Shown here: positions 49,069-64,000 of the stretch, in pieces
Layout: each line of letters starts with the position of its first letter
Numbering within the stretch: the first letter of the stretch is position 1
Origin: the human T2T-CHM13v2.0 reference genome, Homo sapiens
Direction: 5' to 3' (one strand)
NCBI RefSeq assembly: GCF_009914755.1
Contig: NC_060944.1
Length of the DNA: 64,000 nucleotides
Notes under the pieces: model-generated
What the model was told of the DNA's origin: nothing
Databases searched by the model: none
What the model saw: only the letters and a program-made list of their open reading frames with translations
Program-made: the position numbers and the translations under genes

Positions 49069-49559
49069 TGCAGGCAGAATAATGGCTACCCAAAGATGTC
49101 CCTGTCCTAATCCCAAGAAACCGTGAAATGTTAATGTTATGTCGCAAGGAGGAATTAGGGTTGCAGATAGAACTAAGGTGGCTAATTAGCTGACCTTAAG
49201 ATGGAGAGATTAATCCTGGAGCATCAAAGTGTGACCAGTGTCACCACAAGGGTCTTTATAAGTGAAAGAGGGAGGCAAGAGAGTTGGGGTCAGAGTCAGA
49301 GAAGATGATGTGGTGATGGAAACAGAGATGGGAATAAAGTGATTGCTGGCTTTGAAGACAGAAGGCGGCCATAAGCCAGGGAGTGTGGCAGCCTCTGGAA
49401 GCTGGAAAAGGCAAGGAAACACCTGCTGATGCCTTGATTTTGGCCCCACAAGACTTGTTTGGACTTCTAGCCTCCAGAACTGCAAGATAGTAAATCTGTG
49501 TTGTTCTAAGCCATTGAATTTGTGATCATTTGTTATAGCAGCCATAGGAAACCCATGCA
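49069..49559 (+). mobile_element. MLT1D LTR
   Basis: tgcaggcagaataatggc..ccaaagatgtcc...ttgttatagcagccataggaaac. Confidence 0.85.
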
Positions 49560-49662
49560 TCAACAAAGAAGTCAGTGGCACAAAACAGTTAGAAACCCCC
49601 TGTGTTGAGCCTAAAGATCAGAGAAGAATAGTTCCATGTGTGGTGGAGGTAGGGGAGGCGGT

Positions 49663-50068
49663 GAATTAAGGATTTGCCTATTGCTGCATGACAAACTCCT
49701 CCAACATAGCAGCTCAGTAAACATTTATTATCTTATAGTTTCTGTGGGTCAGGAATTTTGGACTGGCTTTGCTGGCTGGCTGTGGTTCTGGGTGTCTCAT
49801 GATGTTATAGTCACATTGTCAGCTGGGGCTGCCATTGTTGGAAGGCTGGACCAGGGCTGAAGAATCTACTTCCAAGTTGGCACACTCACATGGCTATGGG
49901 CAGGAGGCTTCTCGTCCATATTGGTGTTTGGCAGGAGGCCTTATTTCCTCATTACACGGGCCTCTTCTCAGGGTGGCTTGAGTGTCCTCACAACATGGCT
50001 TCCGGTTTCCTCCACCTCTTAAAGGAAGTAGTATTAAAGAAGCTATGGACATATTTTAAAACTACTAC
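49663..50068 (-). mobile_element. MLT1F/G-like LTR
   Basis: tttctgtgggtcaggaatt...ttgagtgtcctcacaacatggc. Confidence 0.7.
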
Positions 50069-50503
50069 ACCATTTCCCTGTCTGTTTGCTCCTTTAAAAA
50101 AATTTCTGTGAGCAAATTGATACCAGGAGAAGAAACCAAGATCATTTGGATACAGAATGCAAATGATCGACAAGACTTATATCTAGAAATTTTCATTTTT
50201 ATTTAATCTACTTAAAGCCTTAATTAAATAAAATTACTTAATAGTAATTGAAGTCTTAAAGCAAAGAAATAAAATTCTTCTTTGTGGAAATTCTGTCTTT
50301 ACCCACTTGGCCTGGAACAGTTTTATTAAAAATAAACTTTTAATTTCAGAATATTTCATAGTTTCAGGTTAACAGAAAAGTTGCCAAGATAGTATAGAGA
50401 GATCTTGTATACTTCACACTTAGGTTCCCCTCATGTTAATGTCTTACATTACTATGGTACATTTGTGACAACGAGTGGACCAATATTGATATACTACTAT
50501 TGA

Positions 50504-50851
<348 letters not shown>

Positions 50852-51496
50852 TAGTGCATTTTTAGAGTGGAGTTTTCTCCAGGTATCTCTGATATCTTAA
50901 CAGTATCAGGGCTTTTTGAAAAAGCAACAAAACCAAGATGTGCTGTGGCATAGAGGACAACAAACTCTGGGTAGATTTGAATTTGAATCTTGCCTGTCAT
51001 TGCCAGCTGCAGGTCCCTAATCAAGTTACTTCTCCTTCCTCACCTCAGTTTCCTCATCTGTAAAATGGAACTGAGGATACACGATGGGAAGACCAACAAA
51101 TCTTTACAACAAAACTTCACAACAAATTTGTTGTGAAGATCAAACAAATTCATGAGTGTAAATCAGCTTGGATAATTTTTGACACATTAGCCGGTTGGGG
51201 ATAGCTATTACTGTGTGGAACTCAGGGTTTGCTGAGATAATCTGGCCCAGAACAAGATCCTTCCTATACAATGTGGAAAGTGCAGAGTCCCCATCTGGGC
51301 CTGGGGATAATGAATAAGGAAGGCCTCCTGCAGAGGTAGCATGAATTGTATCTAGAAGAATGGGTGAGAGTTCGGTGGAGGAAGGGGCCCATGCAATGGG
51401 AAGAAGATATCTGGGAAGAGGGACCTGCCTGGCAGAGGCGATGGTGTGAAACAGCCTGGTAGCTTTGGAGCAGGCAGCTCAGTGGTGTGTGGTGGT

Positions 51497-52353
51497 TGTG
51501 ATTTCTTTCTAACTCAGATGAGGTCTGTCTCTCTGGAGAGTGGTTATAAACTCTAGCACTGCCCTGACAGGGATCCTGGGGAGGTGGTTGTGGATGTTTA
51601 AAGTGTGCCTTTCACAGGATAATTCATCCTAGTGGATGGCCTGGTACCTCCGTGCCCAGTCGTGACCAGGTGTCCCTCTTACCTTGCTTATCCTGGCGGT
51701 ATCTTGTGGCTGTTGTCTGACCTGTGTCCAGTTTATTTCCACCAAGACGCCGCACTCTAGGAGAGCTCTAGCTGGGAGGAGAATTCTGTTTGGGTGTGCC
51801 AGTCATGTGAGACACAGGGCAGCACAGCACAACATATGCTCTAACAGAAGACATGTTTACTACTTACAGACGCCAGAGAGGAGGGCAGCAGGCCTCTCCA
51901 GGCCAATGGGAAGGGGAGCCAGCTGGGAACCACACCCTCAACCAGAGGGTGGGGAGCGGGCGAGGGAGAGGAATCTGAGGGCTGAAGCTTTTGTTGGGAT
52001 CCAGGGCATTACCCAGGCAGGTTTCCCATGGGGAATTCTAATTGGTGGGTTTAGAGCAAGCAGGCATGATTTAGGCGGGGTCACCCTGCAGCTGAGAGGT
52101 GGTCACTGTGGTCATAAGCACGCGCTGTGGGGTCTTTGGGAAGAGTCAATTGGGTGGTATCCTGCTGTCCCCCAGGGAAGTGCTCACCAGGAGGTGGTTG
52201 CATACGGCAGATATCTGGATCAACTGTACTGAGGAAGTGGGAAGAGAACTGGAGACTGTGTCAAGAGTGACAACACTGCTCCTTGTATGAGAAAGTTCAA
52301 CTTATATTTACAATGGATATGGAGGCAACCAAAAATTATAAGAATTCACTACA
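51497..52353 (-). mobile_element. ERVL LTR (MER54/MER73-like)
   Basis: TG...CA bounded; ctgacctgtgtccagtttatt motif. Confidence 0.5.
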
Positions 52354-53064
52354 GAGGTGGTGAGTGGCCAGGAGCTGGGTTGAGGGGGAGCTTACAGGCT
52401 GTGGTGTAATAAACCATCACAAAGGACTTTTAGGGCCCAGGTGCTGAAGGTGGCAGAGAGTGAAGGAGCCTGACTCCTCTGGCCCACCCCCCATTGTTTG
52501 GAGGAGATGCCTAATGAAGGACAATACTTGTTTGGGAATTTATATGAATGAGATAAACTTGTATTGCATTAAGGTGCTGCTATTTAGGAGTTGTTATGGC
52601 CGTGAGCCTACCCTGATACAGCCTGTATGGATTGATGATATGGCAGGGAAGAATATCAAACACAAATAGATTTTATGTTTTAAAATTCTGGCCTAAATTT
52701 GCAAAACCCAGGGAGATAACTTTGCCTGTCTATAATGAAGGTCTATAAAGCAAACTGCAGTTGCTGCTATGTAACAGAGATCACAGTGGGACGATTCTAA
52801 ATCATTTCCAAAGCCTAGAAGCAGGCAGAAATGAAATGCGGAGGCTTTATGTTCAAGCTTAATGTACTTCATCACACAAAGATGAGACTTTAATTATGTT
52901 GTTTCCTTGGAAGAAAATTAAATTATAGAAAGAATCTACTTTTTCACAGGAGTGTAAATAAACTTAAGAAAGACCACATAAAGAGACAGACAAAAAAAGA
53001 TTTTTATCAGACCAAGTGCCATCTTAATGGTCAATCCTGCATTAGAAGTGGAGAGACACAGGTG

Positions 53065-53379
<315 letters not shown>

Positions 53380-54402
53380 GAGAGACACAGTTTTATCAGG
53401 TATTTTTGAGCAGTCTTTCAAGAGAGCTTACTTGATTACTTATTTTCAAATTTTCAAATTTTTTCTCAGAGTAAGGAGACATTTTATTTGTATTTAGAAG
53501 TGTCTTAGATTAGCTTAATATTTGATGTGTTAATTTTAATCTTCCCTCTTTTTAATTAAAATATGCCTTTTCCTATCATGCTTTATCAATTTTACATATT
53601 TCCCCTACAATGAGGAAGCTCAGTGTAACCCATCATTTCCTATTTATAAACTTTTCAAAGCAGGAACCAAATTTCCTGAAAAAACACATCTATGAAACCT
53701 ACAAAGACCATATATTACCTTTTTTATTGTATGTAATGGATCTTTTAGAATAACATATATAAAAATCAATGACTAGTGTGAAATTAGAACAAAATTCTTT
53801 TTAAAAAGTTGCTGCTTATCAGCTGTCCTATATTATGTTATTCCCAATCTTTCCTATGCAATTCAAAGTTTTAGTTTCTAATCTTATTGTATAACTTTTT
53901 ATTTCCTTTCTGAAAATTGATCTTACAAAGAAGGGTTTCAACTAAGCATTCCCTTGAAAAATACTTGGATAAAATGTGTATTTCCTTTTTAGTATTTTAA
54001 ACTGTCTGTAATAACTTTATGCTGTAGGAAAAACCTGGAAAACTAAATAATCAGGCATAATGTTGTTCCATGTCATTTTCTGGAAATTATGCCCACTCTG
54101 CCTTTCATTCTTTAAAAAAATCTAAATAGGGATTACAGATAACTTCAAATGAGTACAATACATGATATTTATGATGTGAAAGTCAAAATATAAAAAATAG
54201 AGACAGATCTCTAACATTTTATTTCGGAAATGAAGAATTCCAGTTCAGGACATACACACAGACTACGTGTCCTTCAGTATGTCTGAAAAACCAAGAGCAC
54301 ATTGGGAGTTTTATTACAAAGAGAAATGTTACATATTGTTTTGAAAGAAAACTCTTTTGCACTACAGAAGCTTTTGGGAGCTGGCAAGCTCTGATTGGTG
54401 AG

Positions 54403-54844
54403 TGTCTGAGTTCATTTAGTGTTGCTATAAAGGAATACCAGAGGCTGAGTAATTTATGAAGAAAAGAGGTTTATTTGGCTCACCGTTCTATAATCTGTAC
54501 AAGAAGCATGACACTGGCATCTGCTCGACTTCTGGTGAAGCCTCAGGCTGCATTCACTCATGGCAAAAGGCAAAAGGGAGCTGCTGTGTGTAGAGATCAA
54601 ATGGTGAGAGAGGAAGCAAGAGAGAGAGAGAGAGGGGAGGTGCCAGGCTCTTTTTAGCAACCAGCTCTCAAGGGGTCTGATAGTATGAGAATTCACTCAC
54701 TCCCTCAAGCCCAGGAAGGGCGTTAATCTATTCATGAAGGATCTGCCCTCCTGACCTGAACACTTCTCATTAGGTTCCACCTCTGGCATTGGGGATCAAG
54801 TTTCAACATGAAGTTTGGAGGGGACAAATATCTAAACCACAGCA
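54403..54844 (-). mobile_element. MST(B-like) LTR inserted in an older LTR-like element (~54175-55060)
   Basis: tgtctgagttc...aaaccacagca with 5-bp TSD GTGAG. Confidence 0.85.
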
Positions 54845-56499
54845 GTGAGTAGCAGTCTTAGAGTCATGGCAGATTGTTTTAGCAGCTACTAGGTAAAACT
54901 GGTCTTAGGGCTGTAGCAGACTGTTTGAGCAGCTGGCCTTGTAGAAAATTTAATTCTTGGAGCAGGTGCTATATCACCCAAATGCTTTTTTCCCCTGGCC
55001 ACTCAACTCTGATTTAGTCAGGTATGACAAGGATGACCCAATTTGTATAATCCACTTTCATAATGAAGACAAACTGAAATGGGACATAGAGGGTGTTATT
55101 TTTTTTTTCTGCTTCAACTTTTACTTTAGAATTGGTACATGTGCAGGTTTGTTACAAAGGTATATTGTGTGATGCTGAAATTTGGGATAGGACTGAACCC
55201 ATCACCCAGGGAGCACATACCCAATAGGTTGTTTTCAACCCTTGCCTCCCTTTCTTTCTCCCCACTCTGTAATTCCCAGTGTCTGCTGTTACCAACTTTA
55301 TGTCCAGGTGTACCCAATGTTTAGCTCCCACTCATAAGTGAGATTATGTAGTATTTTGCTTTCTATTTCTGCATAGTTCACTTAGGATAATGGACTCCAG
55401 CTGCATCCATGTGGCTGCAAAGGACATTCATTTGTTCTTTTTTTATGACTGCATAGTACTCCATGGTGTACATACGCCACATTTTCTTTATTCAATCCGC
55501 TGTTGATGGGCCCCAGGGTTGATTCCACGTCTTTGCTATTCTGAACAGTGCTGCAATGAACATGCAAGTGCGTGTCTTTTTGGTAGAATGACTTGTTTTC
55601 TTTTGAATATATATCCAGTAATGGGATTGCTGGGTCAAATGATAGTTCTAAGTTCTTTGAGGAATCTCCAAACTGCTTTCCACAATGGCTGGACTAATTT
55701 GTATTCCTACCAACAGTGTATGAGTGTTCCCTTTTCTCCACAGCCTCACCAACATCTGTTATTTTTTGACTTTTTAGCAACAGCCATTCTGACTGGTATG
55801 AGTTGGTATCTCACTGTGGTTTCAATTTGCATTTTTCTGACAATTTGTGCTGATGAGCATTTGTTTCATATATTTGTTGGCTGCTTGTATGTCTTCTTTT
55901 AAGAAGTGTCTGCTCGTGTCTTTTGACCACTTTTTAATGGGGTTATTTGTTTTTTGTTTATTGATTTAAATTCCGTATAGATTCTTGATATTAGACCTTT
56001 GTTGGATGCATAATTTGTGAATATTTTCTCCTATTTTGTGGATTATCTGTTTAATTCCTTGATAATTTCTGTTGCTGTGAGGACGTTCTTTTGTTTAGTT
56101 AGGTCCCAATTATCAATTTTTGTTTTTGTTGTGATCACTTTTGAGGACTTAGCCATAAATTATTTCCCAAGGCTAATATTGAGAAGGGTATTTCCTAGAT
56201 TTTCCTCTAGGGTTTTTTATAGTTTTAGGTCTTACATTTAAATCTTTAATTTATCTTGAGTTAATTTTTCTATGTGGTGATAAGTAGAGGTCCAGTTTTA
56301 TTCTTCTGTATATGGCTAGCCAGTTATCCCAGCACAATTTACTGAATAAAGAGTCATTTCCCCATTGCTTATTTTTGTCCAGTTCATTGAAGATCTTGTG
56401 GTTGTAAGTGTGCAGCTTTATTTCTGGGTTCTCTGTTCTGTTTCATTGGTCTATGTGTCTGTTTTTATACCAGTACCATGTTGTTTTGGTTACTATAGC

Positions 56500-56870
56500 T
56501 GTGTTAGTCCATTTTCATGCTGCTTTAAGTTACCCAAGACTGGGTAATTTACAAACAAAGGAGGCTTAATTGACTCACCGTTCTACATGGCTGGAGAGGC
56601 CTCAGGAAACTTATGGCGGAAGGTGAAGGAGAGGCAAATACCTTCTTCACAAGGTGTCAGGAAGGAGAGGAGAGAGTGTGTGAAGAAGGAACTGTCAAAC
56701 ACTTGTAAAACCATCAGATCTAATGAGAACTCACTCACTGTCATGAGAATAGCATGGGGGAACCACCCAGATGATCCAGTCACCTCCCATCAGGTCTCTC
56801 CCTTGACACATGGGAATTGGGATTACAATTTGATGTGAGATTTTGGTGGGGACACAGCCAAACCGTATTA
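56500..56870 (-). mobile_element. THE1(D-like) LTR inside the L1
   Basis: tgtgttagtccattttcatgctgct...cagccaaaccgtatta; TSD atagc/gtagc. Confidence 0.85.
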
Positions 56871-59188
56871 GTAGCCTTATAGTATAGTTTGAAGTCAGGT
56901 AATGTGATGCCTCTGGCTTTGTTCTTTTTGCTTAGAATTCCTTTGGCTATTCGGGCTCCTTTTTGGTTTCATATAAATTTTAGAATGGCTTTTTCTAATT
57001 CAGTGAAAAATAATGTTGGTAGTTTGATACAAATAGCATTAAAACTGTAAATTGCTTTAGGCAGTATGGCCATTTTAATAATACTGATTTTTCCAATCCA
57101 TGAGCATGGAGCATTTTTCCATTTATTTGTGTCATCTCTGATTTTTTTTTTCAGCAGTGTTTTGTAGTTCCCCTTAAAGAGATGTTTCACCTCCTCGGTT
57201 AGTTGTATTTCTAGGTATTTCATATTTTGGTGGCTATTGTGAATGGAATTGTGTTCTTGATTTGGCACTCACCTAGAATGTTATTGGTGTATAGAAATGC
57301 TACTGATTTTTATTACATGTATTTTGTATCCTGAAACTTTACTGAAGTCACTTATTAGTTCTACGGGCCTTTTGGCAGAATCTTTAGGGTTTTCTAGGTA
57401 TACAATCATATTGTCAGTGAAGAGAGTTCAACATCTTCTTTTCCTATTTAGATGCCTTTTATTTCTTTCTTCCGCTTGATTGCTCTGGCTAGGACTTCCA
57501 GTACTATGTTGAATAGGTATGGTGAGAGTGGGCATCCTTGACTTGTTCCAGTCCTCAAAGGAAATAGTTTCAGCTTTTGCTCATTCAGTATGATGTTGAC
57601 TGTGGGTTTTTCATAGATGGCTCTTATTATTTTGAGGTATGTTTCTATGATGCCTAGTTTGTTGAGGGTTTTTGTTGTGAAGGGATATTGGCTTTTATTG
57701 AAAGCTTTTTCTGCATCTATTGAGATAATCATATAGTTTTTGTCTTTAATTCTGTTTATGTAGTGAATCACATTTATTGATTTGTGTATGTTGAACCCAT
57801 CTTGTATCCCAAGAAGAAAGCATACTTGATGATGGTGAATTAACTTTCTGATGTGTTGCTGGATTCAGTTTGCTAGTATTTTGTTGAGGATTTTTGTGTC
57901 TATGTTCATCAGGGATATTCACCTGAGGTTTTCTTTTTTCATTGTGTCTCTTCCAGATTTTGTTATCAGGATTATGCTGGCTTTGTAGAATGAGCTATGG
58001 AGGAGTCTTTCCTTTTTGATTTTTTGGAATAGTTTCAGTAGGCTTGGTACCAGTTTTCTTTGTACATCTGGTAGAATTTGTAAATCCGTCTGGTCCAGGG
58101 CTATTTTTGGTTGGGAGACTTTTTATTTCTGATTCAGTTTTGGAACTCATTATTGGTCTGTTCAGGTTTTCACTTTCTTCCTGGTTCAATCTTGGGAGGT
58201 TGTATGTTTCCAGGGATTTATTCATTTCCTCCAGATTTTCTAATTTGTGTGCATAAATGTGTTCATAATAGTCTCTGAGGTTCTTTTGTATTTCTGTGGA
58301 GTTGGTTGTAATGTCACCTTTGTCATTTCTGAATGTGCTTGTTTGGATCTTCTCTCTCTTTTCCTTTTTTAATCTATCTATCTATCCATTTTGCTTATTC
58401 TTTCAAAGAGTCAAGTTTTGGTTTCATTGATCTTTTATATGGACTTTTGGGTCTCTTAGTTCTGCTGTGACTTTGCTTATTTCTTATCTTTGGCTGGTTT
58501 TGAGGATGATTTGATCTTATTTTTCTAGTTCCCCTAGATATGACGTTAGGTTGTTAATTTGACATTTTTCTGACTTGTTGATGTAGGCATTAGCACTATA
58601 AACTTTTAACACTGTTTTAGCTGTATCCCAAAGATTCTGGTATGTCATGTCTCTGTTTTCATTAGTTTTAAATAATTTTTACTTTTCTGACTTAATTTCA
58701 TCCTTTACCCAAAAGTCATTCAGGAGCAAGTTGTCTAATTTCCATGTAATTGTATGGTTTTGAGAGATCTTCTTGGTATTGATTTGTATTTTTATTGCAT
58801 TGTGGTCTGAGAATGGTTGGTATGGTTTTGATTTATTTTGAGTTCATTGAGACTTGCTTTATGGCCAAGCATATGGTTGATCTTAGAACACGTTCCATGT
58901 GCAGATGAGAAAAATGTGTCTTCTATGGTTGTTGGGTGGAGTATTCTGTAGGTGTTTATTAGGTCCAATTGATCAAATATTCAGTTTAAGTCCAGAATTT
59001 CTTCTAGTTTCCTGCCTTGATGATCTGTCTAATGTTGTTTGTGGAGTGTTGAAGCACGCCCCCCACCCCCACTATTATTGTGCAGCTATCTGAATTTTTT
59101 TATAAGTCAAGATGAACTTGTTTTATATGGGTGATCCAATGTTGAGCGAGTATATATTTAGAATAGTGATGTCTTCTTGCTGAATTGA

Positions 59189-59553
<365 letters not shown>

Positions 59554-62500
59554 CTAAAGTCTGTTTTATCTTTGATAAGAATAGTGAATCCTGCTCTTTT
59601 TGATTTCTATTTACATGATAAATCTTTCTCCACCCTTTTACTTTGAGCCTGTGGATGTTGTTATGTGTGAGGTGGGTCTCTTGAAGACAGCAGACAGTTG
59701 GTTCTTGTCTTTTTATCCAATTTGCCACTTTCTGCCTTTTAAGTGGGGCTGTTTAGATGGTTTATATTCAAGGTTAGTATTGATATGTGAGATTTTGATC
59801 CTGTCATCATGTTATTGGCTGGTTGTTTTGTAGACTTAATTGTGTAGTTGCCTTATAGTGTCTGTGGAATATGTGCCTAAATGTGTTTCTGGGTAGCAGG
59901 TATCATTCTTTCATTTTCATGTTTACTACTCCCTTAAAAATCTCTTGTCAGGCTGGTCTAGTAGTAACGAATTCCCTTAATAATGTTCCTTGTTCGAAAA
60001 GGGTTTGGCAGAATATAAAATTTTTGGTGGGAATTTCTTTTAAGGATGCTGAAAATAGTCTCACCAATCTCTTCTGGTTCGTAAGGTTTCTGCTTAGATG
60101 TCTGCTGCTAGCATGATGGGGTTCCTTTTTTAAGTAATTTGATACTTCTCTTTATCTGCCTTTAGGATTTTTTTTTTTTTTGCATTTTCCTTGGTGAATC
60201 TGATGACTATGTGTCTTGGGGATGGTCATATTGCATGGTATCTCGCAGGGATTCTCTGTTATTTATTGAATTTGCACATCAACCTGTCTAGTGAGATTGT
60301 GGAAATCTTTGTGAACTATATCCTCAAATATGTTTTCCAAGTTGCTTACTCTTTGTACTTCTCTCTCAAGAATGTCAGTGTGTTGTAGGTTTGGTCTCTT
60401 CACATAATCCCATATTTGTCAAAAGTTTTGTCATTTTTAACAATTCTTTTTCGTTTATTTTTGTCTGAGTTGATTTGAATAGCTGGTCTTTGAGCTCTGA
60501 GATTCTTTCCTTGTCTTTGTCTATTCTGCTGTTAATGCTTTCAACTGTATTACAAAATTCTTGTAGTGAATTTTTCAATTCCAGAAGTTCAGTTTGGTTT
60601 TATCTTAAAATTGCTATTTAGTCTTTCAGCTTTTTGACCATTTTGCTGGATTCCCTGGGTTCCTTGGATTGGGTTTCAACTTTCTCCTGACTCTTGATGA
60701 GTTTCCTTGCCATCCAGATTTTGAATTCTATTTCTGTCATTTCAGTCATTTCAATCTGGTTAAGAGCCATTGTTGGGGAATTAGTGTGCTTGTTTGGAGG
60801 TAAGGGGACACTCTGACTTTTTTAATTGTCAGAGTTCTTGCATTGATTCTTAGAAGGCTGGTGTTCCTTTTTCTTTTTGGATTTGCTGTTGTTGGATAGG
60901 GCATTTTGTTTATTTTTTTTATTGCCTTTGAGGTTTAACTGTGGTGTAAATTGAGTATAGTCAATTGGCTTAATTTCTGGGTGCTTTCAGAGGGCCAAGG
61001 CTCTGTACAGGACTTTTATTTGTGGCTGGATTCTTGTCCTAGGTTTCACAGCTGATGTATACTGGCAGAATATTTTTCGTGTTGTAATTTGGGCTGTGAT
61101 CCAGTAGATGGTGCTTAAGAGTAATGGCTGGCAGATAGGTTGTTACTCAGTGGTAGGGCTACTTTGTATTTATGTGTGTTCACAACAGTGCTCTGTGGTG
61201 AGTGGTGGGAAGAGATGACTCCCTTGCCAGGTTCACTCCTGGGCCTTAGCGGAGCCCTCTCTGATCACTGGTATAGTGCATGCATTTCCTCTGTTACATG
61301 TTCCTGGCTGTGAGCCTCCCTTGGGCAGAGGTCATGGCTGGTAGATAGGCTACACCCCTCCCCAACTGGCCTTGTGGAGAGAGGCGTGCTCCACTCCCAT
61401 GCTGGACCATAAACCTGCATCTCACTTGTCTCACAGATCTCAACTCAGCACTCCTGAGCTGTGTGTTGCAACCCTGGGGTGCTGGGACTGGGCCCGCAGC
61501 TCTATCCTCCAGCCCCTTGGGGTCTGGCATTGGCTGCTCTGGGGGATCAAAAGTGCTCCCAGGCCACTGTAAAAGCACTCAGGTGGGGCCACTGGCAAAG
61601 CACTCAGCTTAGGCAGTGGAGGCTGTGCTATGCACATGCTCCTGTGGGAGCAGCCAGGCAGGGGCCTTGGAAGGGGCTGGCAGGCAGGAGGCCTGCATAA
61701 TAGATGCTCCCCTGTCCTGTGGGAAAGATGGTATTGCTGTCTCCTGGACCAGTGGTCAGCTGGAGTTAGAGCTACTCAGAAGAAGATGGCCCTAGGGGAT
61801 GGACATCTATGGCCATATTCCACTGCAGCTTCCCTGTATGCATACCCCGCCTCTGGCTTAATGTTGGAGCTCTGTCTCTGCCTACTCTCTGGTAAGATCC
61901 CTTTGCCAATTCAAATGTCTGTGGAGGTTGTGGGGTCTCTTGTATGTAGGATCCCAGAGGTCCACAGCAAGAGTGGGCTGCCCTGCCATCACTTCACTCA
62001 CTCCTTCCCTAGGAGCTGTTCAGGGCCAGGAACTAGCTGTCATGCTCAGCAACCTTTTGCAGGGTTCTCAGCTTCCTTCCTCTTCAGCCTTGGTGTCTGC
62101 ATTGTCTGTCTATCAACTCTCAGTGTTTTTTCTCTGAAGATGTGTTTGAAGTATGTTGGTTTACTCCATATTTTCGTCTCTCTTGGTGGGAGTGGCACTT
62201 CTTGGCTGCGTCTAGCCATCTTGTCCTGCATCCTTAAAAATTACTTACATATTTTTATTTAGAGTCTTCCAGTGAAGTTGACCCTCCAGAAAGATGGACC
62301 AAGGATATTCTGCTCTTTGCATCCTCCCTGCACAGAATTGAGTCTGTGCCTACTCCCGTTTCAGAAGCATGTATTAGTGGAGTACTGAGTTAATCTGGAA
62401 AACTTGCTGGTCTGTGAGAAATCAAACTTCAGGCAGACAAGTCAGGAAGCCAACATCTTGTGGGGATGTGGTGTCACTGTTACAGGGGAGAACAGCCACC

Positions 62501-62974
62501 CTGACCATCCTGGCTCCCCACAGGCAGGAGAGATTTAGGAACCCGTTGGGTGGCTTTTTAAACCATGGTTATTATCAGGACTTTGGTAGGGGCAGTCCCT
62601 GACTTACATCATTCACCGTATTTGAGGATGGTGAGGTGGTATTAAAATAGAGAGTAGTTTCAGTTCATGGCATCATTCTAAAACACTTACTGATCTACAG
62701 AGTTTGACTCAGAGATACCTGGTCAGGTGTATTGAGGTGTCCTCTCAGGAAAATGATGAGCACATCAATATATCCCTGTAAATAAATACCCAGGGTCTTT
62801 GTTTACCCAGCCCTCCCCACATAGCTCTTGTTTGGAGATGTGCAACTGAAAATATGGGATGGATTTTACTATAGAAATGATGTCTAAAATGGAAGTTACG
62901 TGTTGGTAAAAGATAATGCTTCAGGCTCAACTTCCAGTAAAGTGGATCTGCCACTGAAGAGGCTTTTGTAGAAT

Positions 62975-63239
62975 AGCCTGGAGACCACTTTGTTTCTCAC
63001 TTTCAGTATTCAATCAATTACATTAGATATTCAACATTTTATTATAAAATAGGCTTTTTGTTAGATGATTTTGCCCAACTTTAGGCTAATTTAAGTGTTC
63101 CGGGCACATTTAAGGTAGGCTAGGTTAAGCTATGATGTTCGGTGGGTTAGGTGTATTAGATGCATTTTTGACTTACAATATATTCAACTTATAACGAGTT
63201 TATTGGGAGAAAGCTTCATTGTAAGTTGAGGAGCACCTA
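62975..63239. mobile_element. MER47/Tigger5-like DNA transposon
   Basis: ttattataaaataggctt...gtaagttgaggagcacct terminal repeat. Confidence 0.7.
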
Positions 63240-63246
63240 TATGTAC

Positions 63247-63282
63247 GTGTGTGTGTGTGTGTGTGCATGTGTGTATGTGTGT
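63247..63282. repeat. (TG)n microsatellite
   Basis: gtgtgtgtgtgtgtgtgtgcatgtgtgtatgtgtgt. Confidence 0.9.
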
Positions 63283-63496
63283 ATTTAAATTTATCTTATG
63301 TGGTATTCTCTGAGCTTCTTAGATCTGTGGTTTGGTGTCTGACATTCATTTTGGATAGTTCTTAGCCATTATTAATTTAAATTTCTTCTGCTCTATTCTT
63401 TAGTTTCCTTTTGGTATTCCAATTGCGTACATCTAATACTTTTGAAATTGTCTCGTAGTCCTTGGATGCCTTATATTTTTATTAATTTATTTTTAA

Positions 63497-63785
<289 letters not shown>

Positions 63786-64000
63786 AATATATTATTTTTT
63801 CTTTTTTCTCTTTGCATTTCAGCTTGAGAAATTTATATTGACTTGTCTTCAAGTTCACTAATTTTTTCTTTGGCTCTGTGAGCCTACTGATGGTATTATC
63901 AAAGGCATCCTTCATTTTGATCACTGTGTTTTTTATATTTAGCACTTCCTTTTGACTTTTTCTTAAGAGTTTCGATCTTTCTGCTTACATTATCCATCTT

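Noticed and set aside
51684-52232. 182-aa ORF
   Set aside because: Lies within an LTR relic with a non-ATG start; no gag/pol/env motifs
61630-62262. 210-aa ORF antisense to the L1 5'UTR (ORF0-like position)
   Set aside because: No resemblance to L1PA ORF0 that I can recognise; most likely a chance ORF in an old GC-richer UTR

Overview
Human (primate) genomic DNA containing the 5' half of FERMT1 (kindlin-1, the Kindler epidermolysis bullosa gene; chr20p12.3 from memory) on the minus strand. It comprises non-coding exon 1 in a CpG island (~26.3-27.2 kb) and coding exons 2-8. These splice with canonical GT-AG boundaries into an uninterrupted 1089-nt ORF (codons 1-363); the gene continues beyond the left edge. 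The remaining ~37 kb is upstream intergenic DNA dominated by transposon relics: ~30 Alus across the window, THE1/MST/MLT1/LTR16/LTR33/MER74-like LTRs, Tigger/Charlie/MADE1 DNA elements and a decayed near-full-length L1. Nearly all ORFs in the supplied track are repeat-derived artefacts. I found no prokaryote-style novel system. The best leads are regulatory and RNA-processing: a perfect 20/20 p53/p63 element in intron 6, an open intron-7 read-through giving a 351-aa kindlin-1 with a hydrophobic tail, a consensus 5' splice site reconstituted at the exon 4/5 junction, a Z-DNA tract upstream of the promoter, an upstream CTCF site, inverted Alus bracketing exon 6, a 115-bp Alu-derived tandem duplication and two fold-back template-switch scars. 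Repeat subfamily names and boundaries were assigned by eye and are approximate.
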